Source: Candidatus Rokuibacteriota bacterium
Lineage (GTDB): Bacteria > Methylomirabilota > Methylomirabilia > Rokubacteriales > CSP1-6
Length of the DNA: 64,000 nt
Assembly: GCA_023249095.1 (NCBI GenBank)
Contig: JAHFDK010000013.1
Coordinates: 28 to 64,027 of the forward strand
Direction: 5' to 3'
Shown: positions 19,297-26,671 of the stretch, piece by piece
Layout of the letters: the number at the start of each line of letters is the position of its first letter
Numbering within the stretch: position 1 is the stretch's first letter
The notes under the pieces: model-generated
The model's database searches: none
What the model saw: only the letters and a program-made list of their open reading frames with translations
What the model was told of the DNA's origin: nothing
Made by a program: the position numbers and the translations under genes

Positions 19297-19737
19297 CTAC
19301 ACTCCCAGGCTCGACAGCCTTTCGAACAGCGACGGCAGCCGTTCCTGACGCGTGCGCTCGTACTCGTCAAACCGGCTGCGATCCCACACCTCGAACTGCG
19401 GCAGCCCTCCACCCACCAGGGTGACGTCCTTCGAGAGCCCGGCGTGCTCCCGCGCATCCGGCGGAATCAGCACGCGTCCCGCCGCGTCGAGCGCCACGTC
19501 CTTCGCGCGCGAGATGTAGAGCCGGCCGAGCTCGCGCACCTCCGGATTGAAGATCGACTGCTCGCGCAGCTTCGTCTCGATCCGCTGCCACTCCTCCAGG
19601 GGGTGCACCTCGAGGCAATGATCATTCGGCACGACGACCAACGCGCCGTCGTACTGCGCGAGAGCGTCTCGAAATCTCGCGGGCACGCTCAAGCGCCCCT
19701 TCGGATCGATCGTGTGCTGGTAGCGGCCTCTAAACAT
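19297..19737 (-). CDS. mraZ: Transcriptional regulator MraZ
   Basis: 'MFRGRYQHTIDPKGRLSVPARFR' and a second SpoVT/AbrB-like half 'ALDAAGRVLIPPDAREHAGL'. Confidence 0.95.
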   Translation of the reverse strand: MFRGRYQHTIDPKGRLSVPARFRDALAQYDGALVVVPNDHCLEVHPLEEWQRIETKLREQSIFNPEVRELGRLYISRAKDVALDAAGRVLIPPDAREHAGLSKDVTLVGGGLPQFEVWDRSRFDEYERTRQERLPSLFERLSSLGV

Positions 19738-19760
19738 ACATCGGCTCGACGAGACGTCCC

Positions 19761-19790
19761 CTCCACTTCATCCCACTTCATCCCACTTGA
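19761..19790 (-). promoter_or_regulatory. Three tandem 10-bp direct repeats containing GTGGGA/GTGGAG: putative MraZ operator
   Basis: The minus strand reads 'tcAAGTGGGAtgAAGTGGGAtgAAGTGGAGggga', 24-53 nt upstream of the mraZ ATG and just downstream of the putative -10. A fourth 'AAAGTGGGAaa' lies at 19894-19906. Confidence 0.6.
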
Positions 19791-19797
19791 GACGAGA

Positions 19798-19826
19798 CAT
19801 TAACGTCACCTGGAAGGTCGTGTCAA
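19798..19826 (-). promoter_or_regulatory. Putative sigma70-type dcw promoter (Pmra)
   Basis: Minus strand: TTGACA (19826-19821), 17-nt spacer, TTAATG (19803-19798). It lies in one of the few AT-richer stretches of the window. Confidence 0.45.
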
Positions 19827-19960
19827 GGGGAAAACTTACGATTTTTCAGGAGGATTAGAACCACGAAGGGTTCAGGCGACGGGTGGTGTCCTGTTTCCCA
19901 CTTTGACCCCCCTGATGGGGCCTCTAGGCTAGGGGCGGGGCAGGATCAACTTGCCGAAGG

Positions 19961-20518
19961 TCAGCGATTTCGAAGCCGCACACGCGTCGAGAAGGCCGTC
20001 ACCGAGGTGCGCTCGACCACATCCCAGGCGGCCTCGGTCACGACCGTGATCACCACGGTCCGGATCTCGTCCGGGACCTGGGTGGGTCCGCCCGCGGCGT
20101 CGAGGTACCCGAGCGCGAAGCCGCGGACCCCGTCGATAATCGGCTGGGCGCCGCCTCCCGCGTCGCGGCGCAGCGTCGTCCCCGTGAGGCGCCAGGTGAT
20201 CGTCTCGCCGTTGCCGGCGATGACGCCGTCGCCGTCGAGGTCGTGGTGCAGGACGATGAGTGTCGGCTCGGCGACCGAAATCGCGGCGAACGTCGCGGGC
20301 CACGGGCCGAGACCGGCGGTCCGGATCTCCCCCGCCAGACGCTCGACGGCGACGCGCGCGCTCTGCTGGGATTCGGCGCGCGACGCACCGACCGCATAGA
20401 CGTGCAGACCCTGCTGGAGAGCAGTGAACACGGCGGCCGAGACGACGCCGAAGATGGCCATGGCGACGAGCAGCTCGGCGAGGTGCACGTGGGCAGCGTC
20501 CCCGGGGAGCGCGCGCAC
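19961..20518 (-). CDS. Pseudopilin-like protein (GspJ/PilW-like N-terminal helix) with a degenerate prepilin motif
   Basis: 'HVHLAELLVAMAIFGVVSAAVFTALQQGLHVYAVGASRAESQQSARVAVERLAGEIRTAG' resembles the prepilin-type N-terminal methylation helix plus the PulJ-like region. The start is uncertain (GTG 20518 or GTG 20488). The track start at 20620 would overlap the divergent gene. Confidence 0.6.
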   Translation of the reverse strand: MRALPGDAAHVHLAELLVAMAIFGVVSAAVFTALQQGLHVYAVGASRAESQQSARVAVERLAGEIRTAGLGPWPATFAAISVAEPTLIVLHHDLDGDGVIAGNGETITWRLTGTTLRRDAGGGAQPIIDGVRGFALGYLDAAGGPTQVPDEIRTVVITVVTEAAWDVVERTSVTAFSTRVRLRNR

Positions 20519-20601
20519 GTCAATGTCCAACGTCGGAGACACGCGACATATCGATACATGGTGAGTTGACGTGGATCCGCTCACCGGCCTACCTTCTGCC
20601 G

Positions 20602-21150
20602 ATGGCGAGCGTGCTGCCATCGCTCGTTCTGGCTCTCGGATTCGTCGTTGCCGGATGCGTCAGCCTGACGCCGCAGCAACAGGACCGGGTGGCCGAGGTC
20701 CAGCGCTTCGCCGACGCGACGACGACCGCCTATGATCTTCCCCGCATTCGCCTCACGATCGAGCCGGCCACGAACCTGGGCATCGGCGCGCGATATCGGC
20801 AGGGCAACTTCTACGTCAACGTCAGGATGCTAGGCTCGCCACACCTGATCGCGCTCGTCGCTCACGAGCTCGCGCACTACGTCCTCGGTCACGACGCGGT
20901 CATCACCCTCGTCTCGCAAGCCGAATGGCAGCGCGCGCAGGAGCAGCGCGAGCTCGACGCCAACGCCAAGTCCGTGGAGATCCTGATGCGCGCCCGCGGG
21001 ATGGGACAGCAGGAGGCCGTGCAGGCGGTGATCGAGAAGTTGCGCGCGGTCCAGCGCGCCGTCGACCGCGGCGGCCCGATCACGCCGGGGCATCGCACGC
21101 CCGCCGAGGAGATCGCAGACCTCGTCGCGCGCTTCCCGGACAGCCGCTGA
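20602..21150 (+). CDS. Small lipoprotein with an M48-like HExxH zinc-peptidase motif
   Basis: Signal peptide and lipobox 'MASVLPSLVLALGFVVAGC'. Also 'LIALVAHELAHYVLGHD' (HExxH...H). Start moved to ATG 20602. Confidence 0.7.
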   Translation: MASVLPSLVLALGFVVAGCVSLTPQQQDRVAEVQRFADATTTAYDLPRIRLTIEPATNLGIGARYRQGNFYVNVRMLGSPHLIALVAHELAHYVLGHDAVITLVSQAEWQRAQEQRELDANAKSVEILMRARGMGQQEAVQAVIEKLRAVQRAVDRGGPITPGHRTPAEEIADLVARFPDSR

Positions 21151-21185
21151 GCTGGCTGGATCGGGACGCGCGCGAGGAGCTCGAG

Positions 21186-21422
21186 CTATGGCAAGCGCAC
21201 GACCGTCCAGCCGCGGGTCTCGACCTCGGCGTCCTCGATGCGACGTCCCCGGCGGCCGAACCGACGACGCTCCATCGCGGGCGGCGCCTCGTGCCGGCGG
21301 CGACGCTTCACGACGCGCCGGTCGAGGATCACCTCGACACCCCGCTCTTGCCCGAGCACCACGCGCAGGGAGTCGTAGAGCTCTCGCCGCTCTTGCGACA
21401 CGATGAACAGAAGGCGCTCCAT
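21186..21422 (-). CDS. Small Arg-rich hypothetical protein (paralog of 35574-35837)
   Basis: The 78-aa sequence 'MERLLFIVSQERRELYDSLRVVLGQERGVEVILDRRVVKRRRRHEAPPAMERRRFGRRGRRIEDAEVETRGWTVVRLP' shares FIV..., VEV.LDRR, ERR and RR blocks with the second copy. It lies 10 nt downstream of the amidase gene. Confidence 0.6.
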   Translation of the reverse strand: MERLLFIVSQERRELYDSLRVVLGQERGVEVILDRRVVKRRRRHEAPPAMERRRFGRRGRRIEDAEVETRGWTVVRLP

Positions 21423-21432
21423 GGCGCGCCCC

Positions 21433-22845
21433 CTAGTCCAGCACCGGGCGGTGTTGGGCCCACGGACGGGCGCGCTCGAAAGCCGCCGAGGCCCGCAGCA
21501 CGGTCGCGTCGTCGAATCGCCGGCCGACGATCTGGAGCCCGATCGGAAGGCCGTCCTTCGTGAACCCGCACGGCACCGACGAGGCCGGCTGCCCCGTCAT
21601 GTTGAACGGGTACGTGAACGGAATCCACGCGTACGCGTCGACCGGCTTGCCCGCGATCTCCGTCGGGTTGTCGAGCCCCACCGGGAACGGCGGACACGCG
21701 ATCGTGGGCGTCAGCAGGAGATCGTACTTCGCGAAGAACGCGCGCGGATGCTCCCACCACGCGAGTCGATCGAACCACGCCTGCACGTACTTCGTCGGCG
21801 CGTTCTTGAGTGACGTCTCGATGATCCGGTAGAGCCCGGGCTCGATGTCGCCGCGCCGATCGAGGTACGGCGCCATCCGCGTGGCAATGCCGCCGCAGAA
21901 GATCTCTTCCCACGCCTCGCGCGGCGATGGCCAGCCTGGCTTCACGTCCTCCAGGCGGCAGCCGAGGTCGCGGAATACCCCGGCCGCCTTCGCGCACGCC
22001 GCGCGCACCTCCGGGTCCACCGCGTCCGCGAAGCCGAGGTCGTCGGTGTACGCGACGCGCAGCCCCTTGACGTTCCCGCGAAGCGCCTTCACGTAGTCCA
22101 CGCGCGGGCCGGGCAGCGAGTACTGGTCGCGCTCGTCGGGGCCGGCGCAGACGGTCAGCATCAGCGCGGCGTCCGCCACCGTGCGGGTCAACGGACCGAT
22201 GTGCGAGAGGCTCCACGCGCCGCTCACGGGATACGTCGGAATGCGCCCGTAGGAGGCCTTGTGGCCGAAGATCCCGGCGCACGAGGCGGGAATGCGGATC
22301 GAGCCGCCGCCGTCGGTGCCGATGTGGAGGGGCCCGAGACCCGCGGCGGCCGCCGCGGAGGCGCCTCCGCTCGAGCCGCCCGGAGTCCGTTCGAGATTCC
22401 ACGGGTTGCGGGTGATCCCGAAGACCAGGTTGTGGGTCGCGCCGAGCCAGCCGAAGGTCGGCGTGTTGGTCTTGCCGAGCATGATGCCGCCGGCCGCCTT
22501 CATCCGCTCGACCATCGGCGCGTCCTCGGTCGGTACATGGTCGCGATAGAGCGGGGTGCCGAAGGTCGTCCGCACACCCCTGGTGATGACGAGGTCCTTC
22601 ACCGAGAACGGGACGCCGTGGAGTGGGCCCAGCCGCGCGCCTCGCTTCATGAGGGCTCGCTCGGCGGCCTTCGCCTCTCGCCGCGCCTGCTCGTCGGTCA
22701 GCGTCACGAACGCGTTCAGCCGGGGGTTGATCTGGTCGATGCGATCGAGCACCGCGCCGATGACCTCCACCGGGGACACCTGCTTTTTCCTGATCAGCGC
22801 CGCCAGCTCGGTCGCCGGCAGCCAGGCGAGCCTCGCGTCAGCCAT
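21433..22845 (-). CDS. Amidase-signature family amidase (GatA-like)
   Basis: 'GGSSGGASAAAAAGLGPLHIGTDGGGSIRIPAS' is the amidase signature with the Ser-cisSer-Lys context. Confidence 0.9.
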   Translation of the reverse strand: MADARLAWLPATELAALIRKKQVSPVEVIGAVLDRIDQINPRLNAFVTLTDEQARREAKAAERALMKRGARLGPLHGVPFSVKDLVITRGVRTTFGTPLYRDHVPTEDAPMVERMKAAGGIMLGKTNTPTFGWLGATHNLVFGITRNPWNLERTPGGSSGGASAAAAAGLGPLHIGTDGGGSIRIPASCAGIFGHKASYGRIPTYPVSGAWSLSHIGPLTRTVADAALMLTVCAGPDERDQYSLPGPRVDYVKALRGNVKGLRVAYTDDLGFADAVDPEVRAACAKAAGVFRDLGCRLEDVKPGWPSPREAWEEIFCGGIATRMAPYLDRRGDIEPGLYRIIETSLKNAPTKYVQAWFDRLAWWEHPRAFFAKYDLLLTPTIACPPFPVGLDNPTEIAGKPVDAYAWIPFTYPFNMTGQPASSVPCGFTKDGLPIGLQIVGRRFDDATVLRASAAFERARPWAQHRPVLD

Positions 22846-22901
22846 GTGCGGGCCTCCTTGTCGCGTGGTTTCTGGTCACCGTGGCGCCGCGAGCGGCACG
22901 C

Positions 22902-23801
22902 TCAGCCGGCGCCGCGGAGACGAGGATCGAGCGTGTCGCGAAGCGCGTCGCCGAGCAAGTTCGAGCCGAAGACGGCGAGGCTGATCGCGATCCCTGGGAA
23001 CAGCACGAGGTGCGGCGCCTTCTGCGCGTATTCGGCGGCCGAGACCGACAGCATCCGGCCCCAGGAGGGGTAGGGCTCCGGGACCCCGAGCCCGAGGAAC
23101 GACAGCGTCGCCTCGACGAGGATCGCGCTCCCGAGCTGCGCCGTGCAGAGGACGATGAACGGCCCCATCGTGTTCGGCAGGATGTGGCGGAACGCGATCC
23201 TCAGGTGCCGGACGCCGAGCGCGCGCGCCGCCTCGACGTATTGCATCTCGCGGATCGACAGCACGCTCGAGCGGATCACGCGGGCCGCCCGGGGGATGAT
23301 CGGGATCGAGATGGCGATGATCACGTTGTGGAGCGCGGGCCCGAGGGCGGCCGACATCACCAGCGCCAGCACGAGCAACGGCAGCCCCTGCAGGATGTCC
23401 AGCACCCGCTGGGTCACGAGGTCGGTCTTGCCGCCGATATAGCCGGACAAAAGCCCGATGATTCCCCCGAGCACCGAGCCCATCAGCGTGGAGGCGACGC
23501 CGACGATCAGCGAGACGCGCGCGCCGTGGACGATCCGCGAGTAGATGTCCCGCCCGAGGTGATCGGTGCCAAGCCAGTGCTCCGCGGTGGGCGCGCCCAG
23601 AGTATAAGCCGCGTCGGTGGCGATGGGATCGTGCGTCTGCAGGAGCTCCGCGAAGACCGCCGTCAGAAGCATCGCGAGGATCACCGCGCCCCCGGCGGTG
23701 CCGAGCGGCTTCTTCCGCGCGAAGCGCGCGAGGACCGTCCACGTCCCGGCGCGCGGTCGGGTGCCCGCCGGGACGGCGATCTCGGCCGGCCTAACCGCCA
23801 T
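22902..23801 (-). CDS. ABC transporter permease (DppC/OppC-like)
   Basis: Six-TM protein with the BPD-transporter EAA loop 'YVEAARALGVRHLRIAFRHILPN'. Confidence 0.9.
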   Translation of the reverse strand: MAVRPAEIAVPAGTRPRAGTWTVLARFARKKPLGTAGGAVILAMLLTAVFAELLQTHDPIATDAAYTLGAPTAEHWLGTDHLGRDIYSRIVHGARVSLIVGVASTLMGSVLGGIIGLLSGYIGGKTDLVTQRVLDILQGLPLLVLALVMSAALGPALHNVIIAISIPIIPRAARVIRSSVLSIREMQYVEAARALGVRHLRIAFRHILPNTMGPFIVLCTAQLGSAILVEATLSFLGLGVPEPYPSWGRMLSVSAAEYAQKAPHLVLFPGIAISLAVFGSNLLGDALRDTLDPRLRGAG

Positions 23802-24744
23802 AGCGGACCCGCGGGTCGAGGACGCCGTACAGCATGTCCACGAGCAGGTTGGAGAGGATCACGACGATGGCGATGAACATGACGAGGTTCTGGACGATGG
23901 GATAGTCGCGCCAGAGGATCGCCTGGACCAGGAACCGCGCGACGCCGGGCAGGTTGAAGACGGTCTCCGTGACCACGAGGCCGCCAATGAGAAACGCGAA
24001 CTCGATGCCGATGACGGTGACGACCGGGAGCAAGGCGTTCTTGAGCGCGTGGCGCCAGATGACGATACGCTCGGTCTGGCCCTTGGCCCACGCCGTGCGG
24101 ATGTAGTCCTCGCGCATCACCTCGAGCAGCGACGAGCGGGTGATGCGCATGATCAGCGCCGAGGACCGGTAGCCGACGGCGAGCGCCGGCAGCAGGAACT
24201 GCACGGCGTGCAGCTTGAAGTCCTCCGTTGGCCCCACGTAGGTGAGCGGCGGGATCCATGCGAACCATGTGACCAGGCCGAGGATGATCACCATGCCGAG
24301 CCAGAACGCGGGCATCGCGAGCCCGGCGAGACTGAACACGCGCAGCACGTAATCGAGCGCCGTGTCCTGACGCACGGCGCTGACGACGCCCGCGGGCACG
24401 CCGATCAGCACCGCGAAGAGGGTGGAGAGCGCGGCCAGCTCGACCGTCACCGGGACGAGCGGCCGGATGATCTGCCAGGCGGGCTGGTCGTACCGATAGG
24501 ACTTGCCGAGGTCGCCGGTCACGAGCTGGCGGAGCCAGTCGAGGTACTGGACCCAGTAGGGCCGGTCGATCCCCAGCTCCTTCATGATCGCCTGCTTCTC
24601 GGACGGGCTGACGTAGCCGGCCGTCGAGAAGAGAATGTCCACGATGTCGCCGGGCGCCAGGCGCAGCAGCGTGAAGATCACCATCGACATGCCCAGCAGC
24701 GTCAGGAGCGCGATGACGAGTCGCTGGACGACGTAGGTCTTCAC
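23791..24744 (-). CDS. ABC transporter permease (DppB/OppB-like)
   Basis: 'MKTYVVQRLVIALLTLLGMSMVIFTLLRLAPGD' and the EAA loop 'DYIRTAWAKGQTERIVIWRHALKNALLPV'. Confidence 0.9.
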   Translation of the reverse strand: MKTYVVQRLVIALLTLLGMSMVIFTLLRLAPGDIVDILFSTAGYVSPSEKQAIMKELGIDRPYWVQYLDWLRQLVTGDLGKSYRYDQPAWQIIRPLVPVTVELAALSTLFAVLIGVPAGVVSAVRQDTALDYVLRVFSLAGLAMPAFWLGMVIILGLVTWFAWIPPLTYVGPTEDFKLHAVQFLLPALAVGYRSSALIMRITRSSLLEVMREDYIRTAWAKGQTERIVIWRHALKNALLPVVTVIGIEFAFLIGGLVVTETVFNLPGVARFLVQAILWRDYPIVQNLVMFIAIVVILSNLLVDMLYGVLDPRVRYGG

Positions 24745-24766
24745 GCGCTCGCCACCGCGCTCGGGC

Positions 24767-26434
24767 TTACTTGTCGCTCCACACTTCCTGCATCCGGCCG
24801 AAGTTGTAGATGGACTGGTGCGGGATCAGGTTCTTCACGTGCGGCCAGACGGTGAAGAAGTCGATCTTCCAGTCCAGGATCGGCCGCGCGGCGTCGGCCT
24901 CGAGCTTCTTCTGGATCGCGACGTTGAGCGCCAGCCGCTTTTTCGGGTCGAGCTCCTGCGACTGCGCGTCGAACATCTTCATGACTTCTTCGTTGCAGTA
25001 CTGACTGTAGTTGCGCGGGGAGCCGCACGCGTAGTTCTCGTAGTAGTTCGCATCGGGGTCGTCGGGGCCGATGCCCGTCAGGTTCGCGCCGATCTGATAG
25101 TCGCCGCGGGTCGCCATCGCGTGCCACTGCGCCGTCTCGATCTGCTTGAGCGTGGCGTCGATGCCGATCTGCTTCAGCTCGTTGATGACGAACGACGCCA
25201 TGTCCACGTAGATCGCGATCGCGCGCGTGACGATCTCGACCTTGATCGGCTTCTCGGGCGAGAAGCCCGCCTCGGCCATGAGCTTCCGGGCCAGCGCCTT
25301 CTCGTCCGCCGGCTTGGCCCCGTAGCCGGGGAGTCCGACGAGATCCTTCTCCCCGAGCCCCCAGAAGCCCCACGGCTTGGGCGCGAGCCCCGCGCCGACC
25401 ACCGCGCCGCCCTGATGCACCGCCTGGATCAGCGCCCGGCGGTCGATCGCGTGGCTCACCGCGAGCCTGATCTTGAGATTGTCGAAGGGCGGTTTCTTGA
25501 CGTTCATGATGATGTTGTCGGTGACGTTCTGGCTGTAGGGCGTCACCACGAGCTGCGGCACCGCCTTCTTGAGCTGCTCGGCGGCGGTCTTGGTGGTCTC
25601 GCCCGGGAACGTGACGTCGAGCTTGCCCGCCTGCATGGCGGCCTGCCGTGTGCCCCGCTCGACGATGACGAAGTACTTGAGCCCGGCGAGATACGGGCGT
25701 CCCTTGACGAAGTAGTCGGGGTTCTTCACGAACTCGACGTACTCGCCCTTCCGCCACTCCTTGAGCTTGAACGGCCCGGTGCCGACGCAGGTAGTCCGGT
25801 AGTTGGCGGGCGGCAGGTGGGCGGCGTAGACCGGCGTGTAGCCGGAGGCGAGCATCAGCAGGAGCGAGGGCTGCGGCTTCTTCAGGCGGAACACCGCCGT
25901 GTGCGTGTCCGGCGTCTCGATCGCCTCCACGTTCGCGTACCAGTCTTTCCGGGGATTGATGCGGAGCTTGGCGGGGGCGTCGGCGGCCTCGCGGAGCACG
26001 TCGAAGGTGAACTTCACGTCCTTGGACGTGAACGGCTGGCCGTCGTGCCACTTGACGCCCGTGCGGAGGAAGAAAACGAGGTTGCGGTAGTTGTCCTGCC
26101 ACGACCACTTCTCGGCCAACTCGCCGATGATCGTGTCCACGCTCTCGGTCTTCTTCAAGGGATCGAACAGCACCAGGTTGCTCAGGCAGGGCATCACCGG
26201 CCACACGCTCGAGATCGTGGAGGTCTCGTGGATGGCGAAGCCCTGGGACAGGTCTTCCCGCAGCATCATGTTGAGGACGCCGCCCGACTTTGGAGTCTGC
26301 GACGCTTGGGGTGTCTGCGACGGCTGGGGGGTCTGCGACGTTGGGGGAGTCTGGCTCGCCGCCGGAGCGGTGAGCGCAACGGCGACGAGGACGATGACAA
26401 CAGTCGAGAACAGCGTGAAGCGCACGCGCGACAT
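24767..26434 (-). CDS. ABC transporter substrate-binding protein, family 5 (peptide/nickel type)
   Basis: Signal peptide 'MSRVRFTLFSTVVIVLVAVALTAPAAS', an SQTPxx linker, then SBP_bac_5-like sequence ('WHDGQPFTSKDVKFTF', 'GTGPFKLKEW'). Start moved to ATG 26434, preceded by 'gggagg'. Confidence 0.9.
   Translation of the reverse strand: MSRVRFTLFSTVVIVLVAVALTAPAASQTPPTSQTPQPSQTPQASQTPKSGGVLNMMLREDLSQGFAIHETSTISSVWPVMPCLSNLVLFDPLKKTESVDTIIGELAEKWSWQDNYRNLVFFLRTGVKWHDGQPFTSKDVKFTFDVLREAADAPAKLRINPRKDWYANVEAIETPDTHTAVFRLKKPQPSLLLMLASGYTPVYAAHLPPANYRTTCVGTGPFKLKEWRKGEYVEFVKNPDYFVKGRPYLAGLKYFVIVERGTRQAAMQAGKLDVTFPGETTKTAAEQLKKAVPQLVVTPYSQNVTDNIIMNVKKPPFDNLKIRLAVSHAIDRRALIQAVHQGGAVVGAGLAPKPWGFWGLGEKDLVGLPGYGAKPADEKALARKLMAEAGFSPEKPIKVEIVTRAIAIYVDMASFVINELKQIGIDATLKQIETAQWHAMATRGDYQIGANLTGIGPDDPDANYYENYACGSPRNYSQYCNEEVMKMFDAQSQELDPKKRLALNVAIQKKLEADAARPILDWKIDFFTVWPHVKNLIPHQSIYNFGRMQEVWSDK
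26285..26356 (-). repeat. Four tandem 18-nt units encoding the hexapeptide repeat SQTPxx
   Basis: Plus strand has 'gtctgcgacgcttggggt / gtctgcgacggctggggg / gtctgcgacgttggggga ...'. The protein reads 'SQTPPT SQTPQP SQTPQA SQTPKS', directly after the signal peptide of the binding protein. Confidence 0.8.
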
Positions 26435-26671
26435 GGGCACCTCCCGCATCAATTGGGCGAGTCGGAGTTTACGTGAAAACGCCGGAGCCGACAAACCGGT
26501 TTCCGCCCCCGCGCGGGGCAGCGCGTGTGGCCCCACGCGACGCGCTCCCGCCGCCGATCGAGCCGGTTTCATATTCGAGCGCCGGCTCTGCCGGCGCCGC
26601 CGAATCCTGGGGGATGCCCGGCTCGGGTTGACCGGTGGGGGGCGTCGGCGGGGCGCCGCTCCCCCCCGATG

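Noticed and set aside
19761-19790. Possible CRISPR or other repeat array
   Set aside because: There are only three 10-bp units with no spacers, and the position and sequence fit MraZ operator boxes. I saw no CRISPR-like repeat-spacer structure anywhere in the window.
26640-26671. GC-rich imperfect hairpin after the DUF445 stop ('ggggggcgtcggcggggcgccgctcccccc') as a terminator, and a possible REP-like family with the 10606-10637 hairpin
   Set aside because: The stem is imperfect and lacks a U-tract. Its similarity to the murD-ftsW hairpin is limited to G-runs plus 'gagcg', which is insufficient to claim a repeat family.
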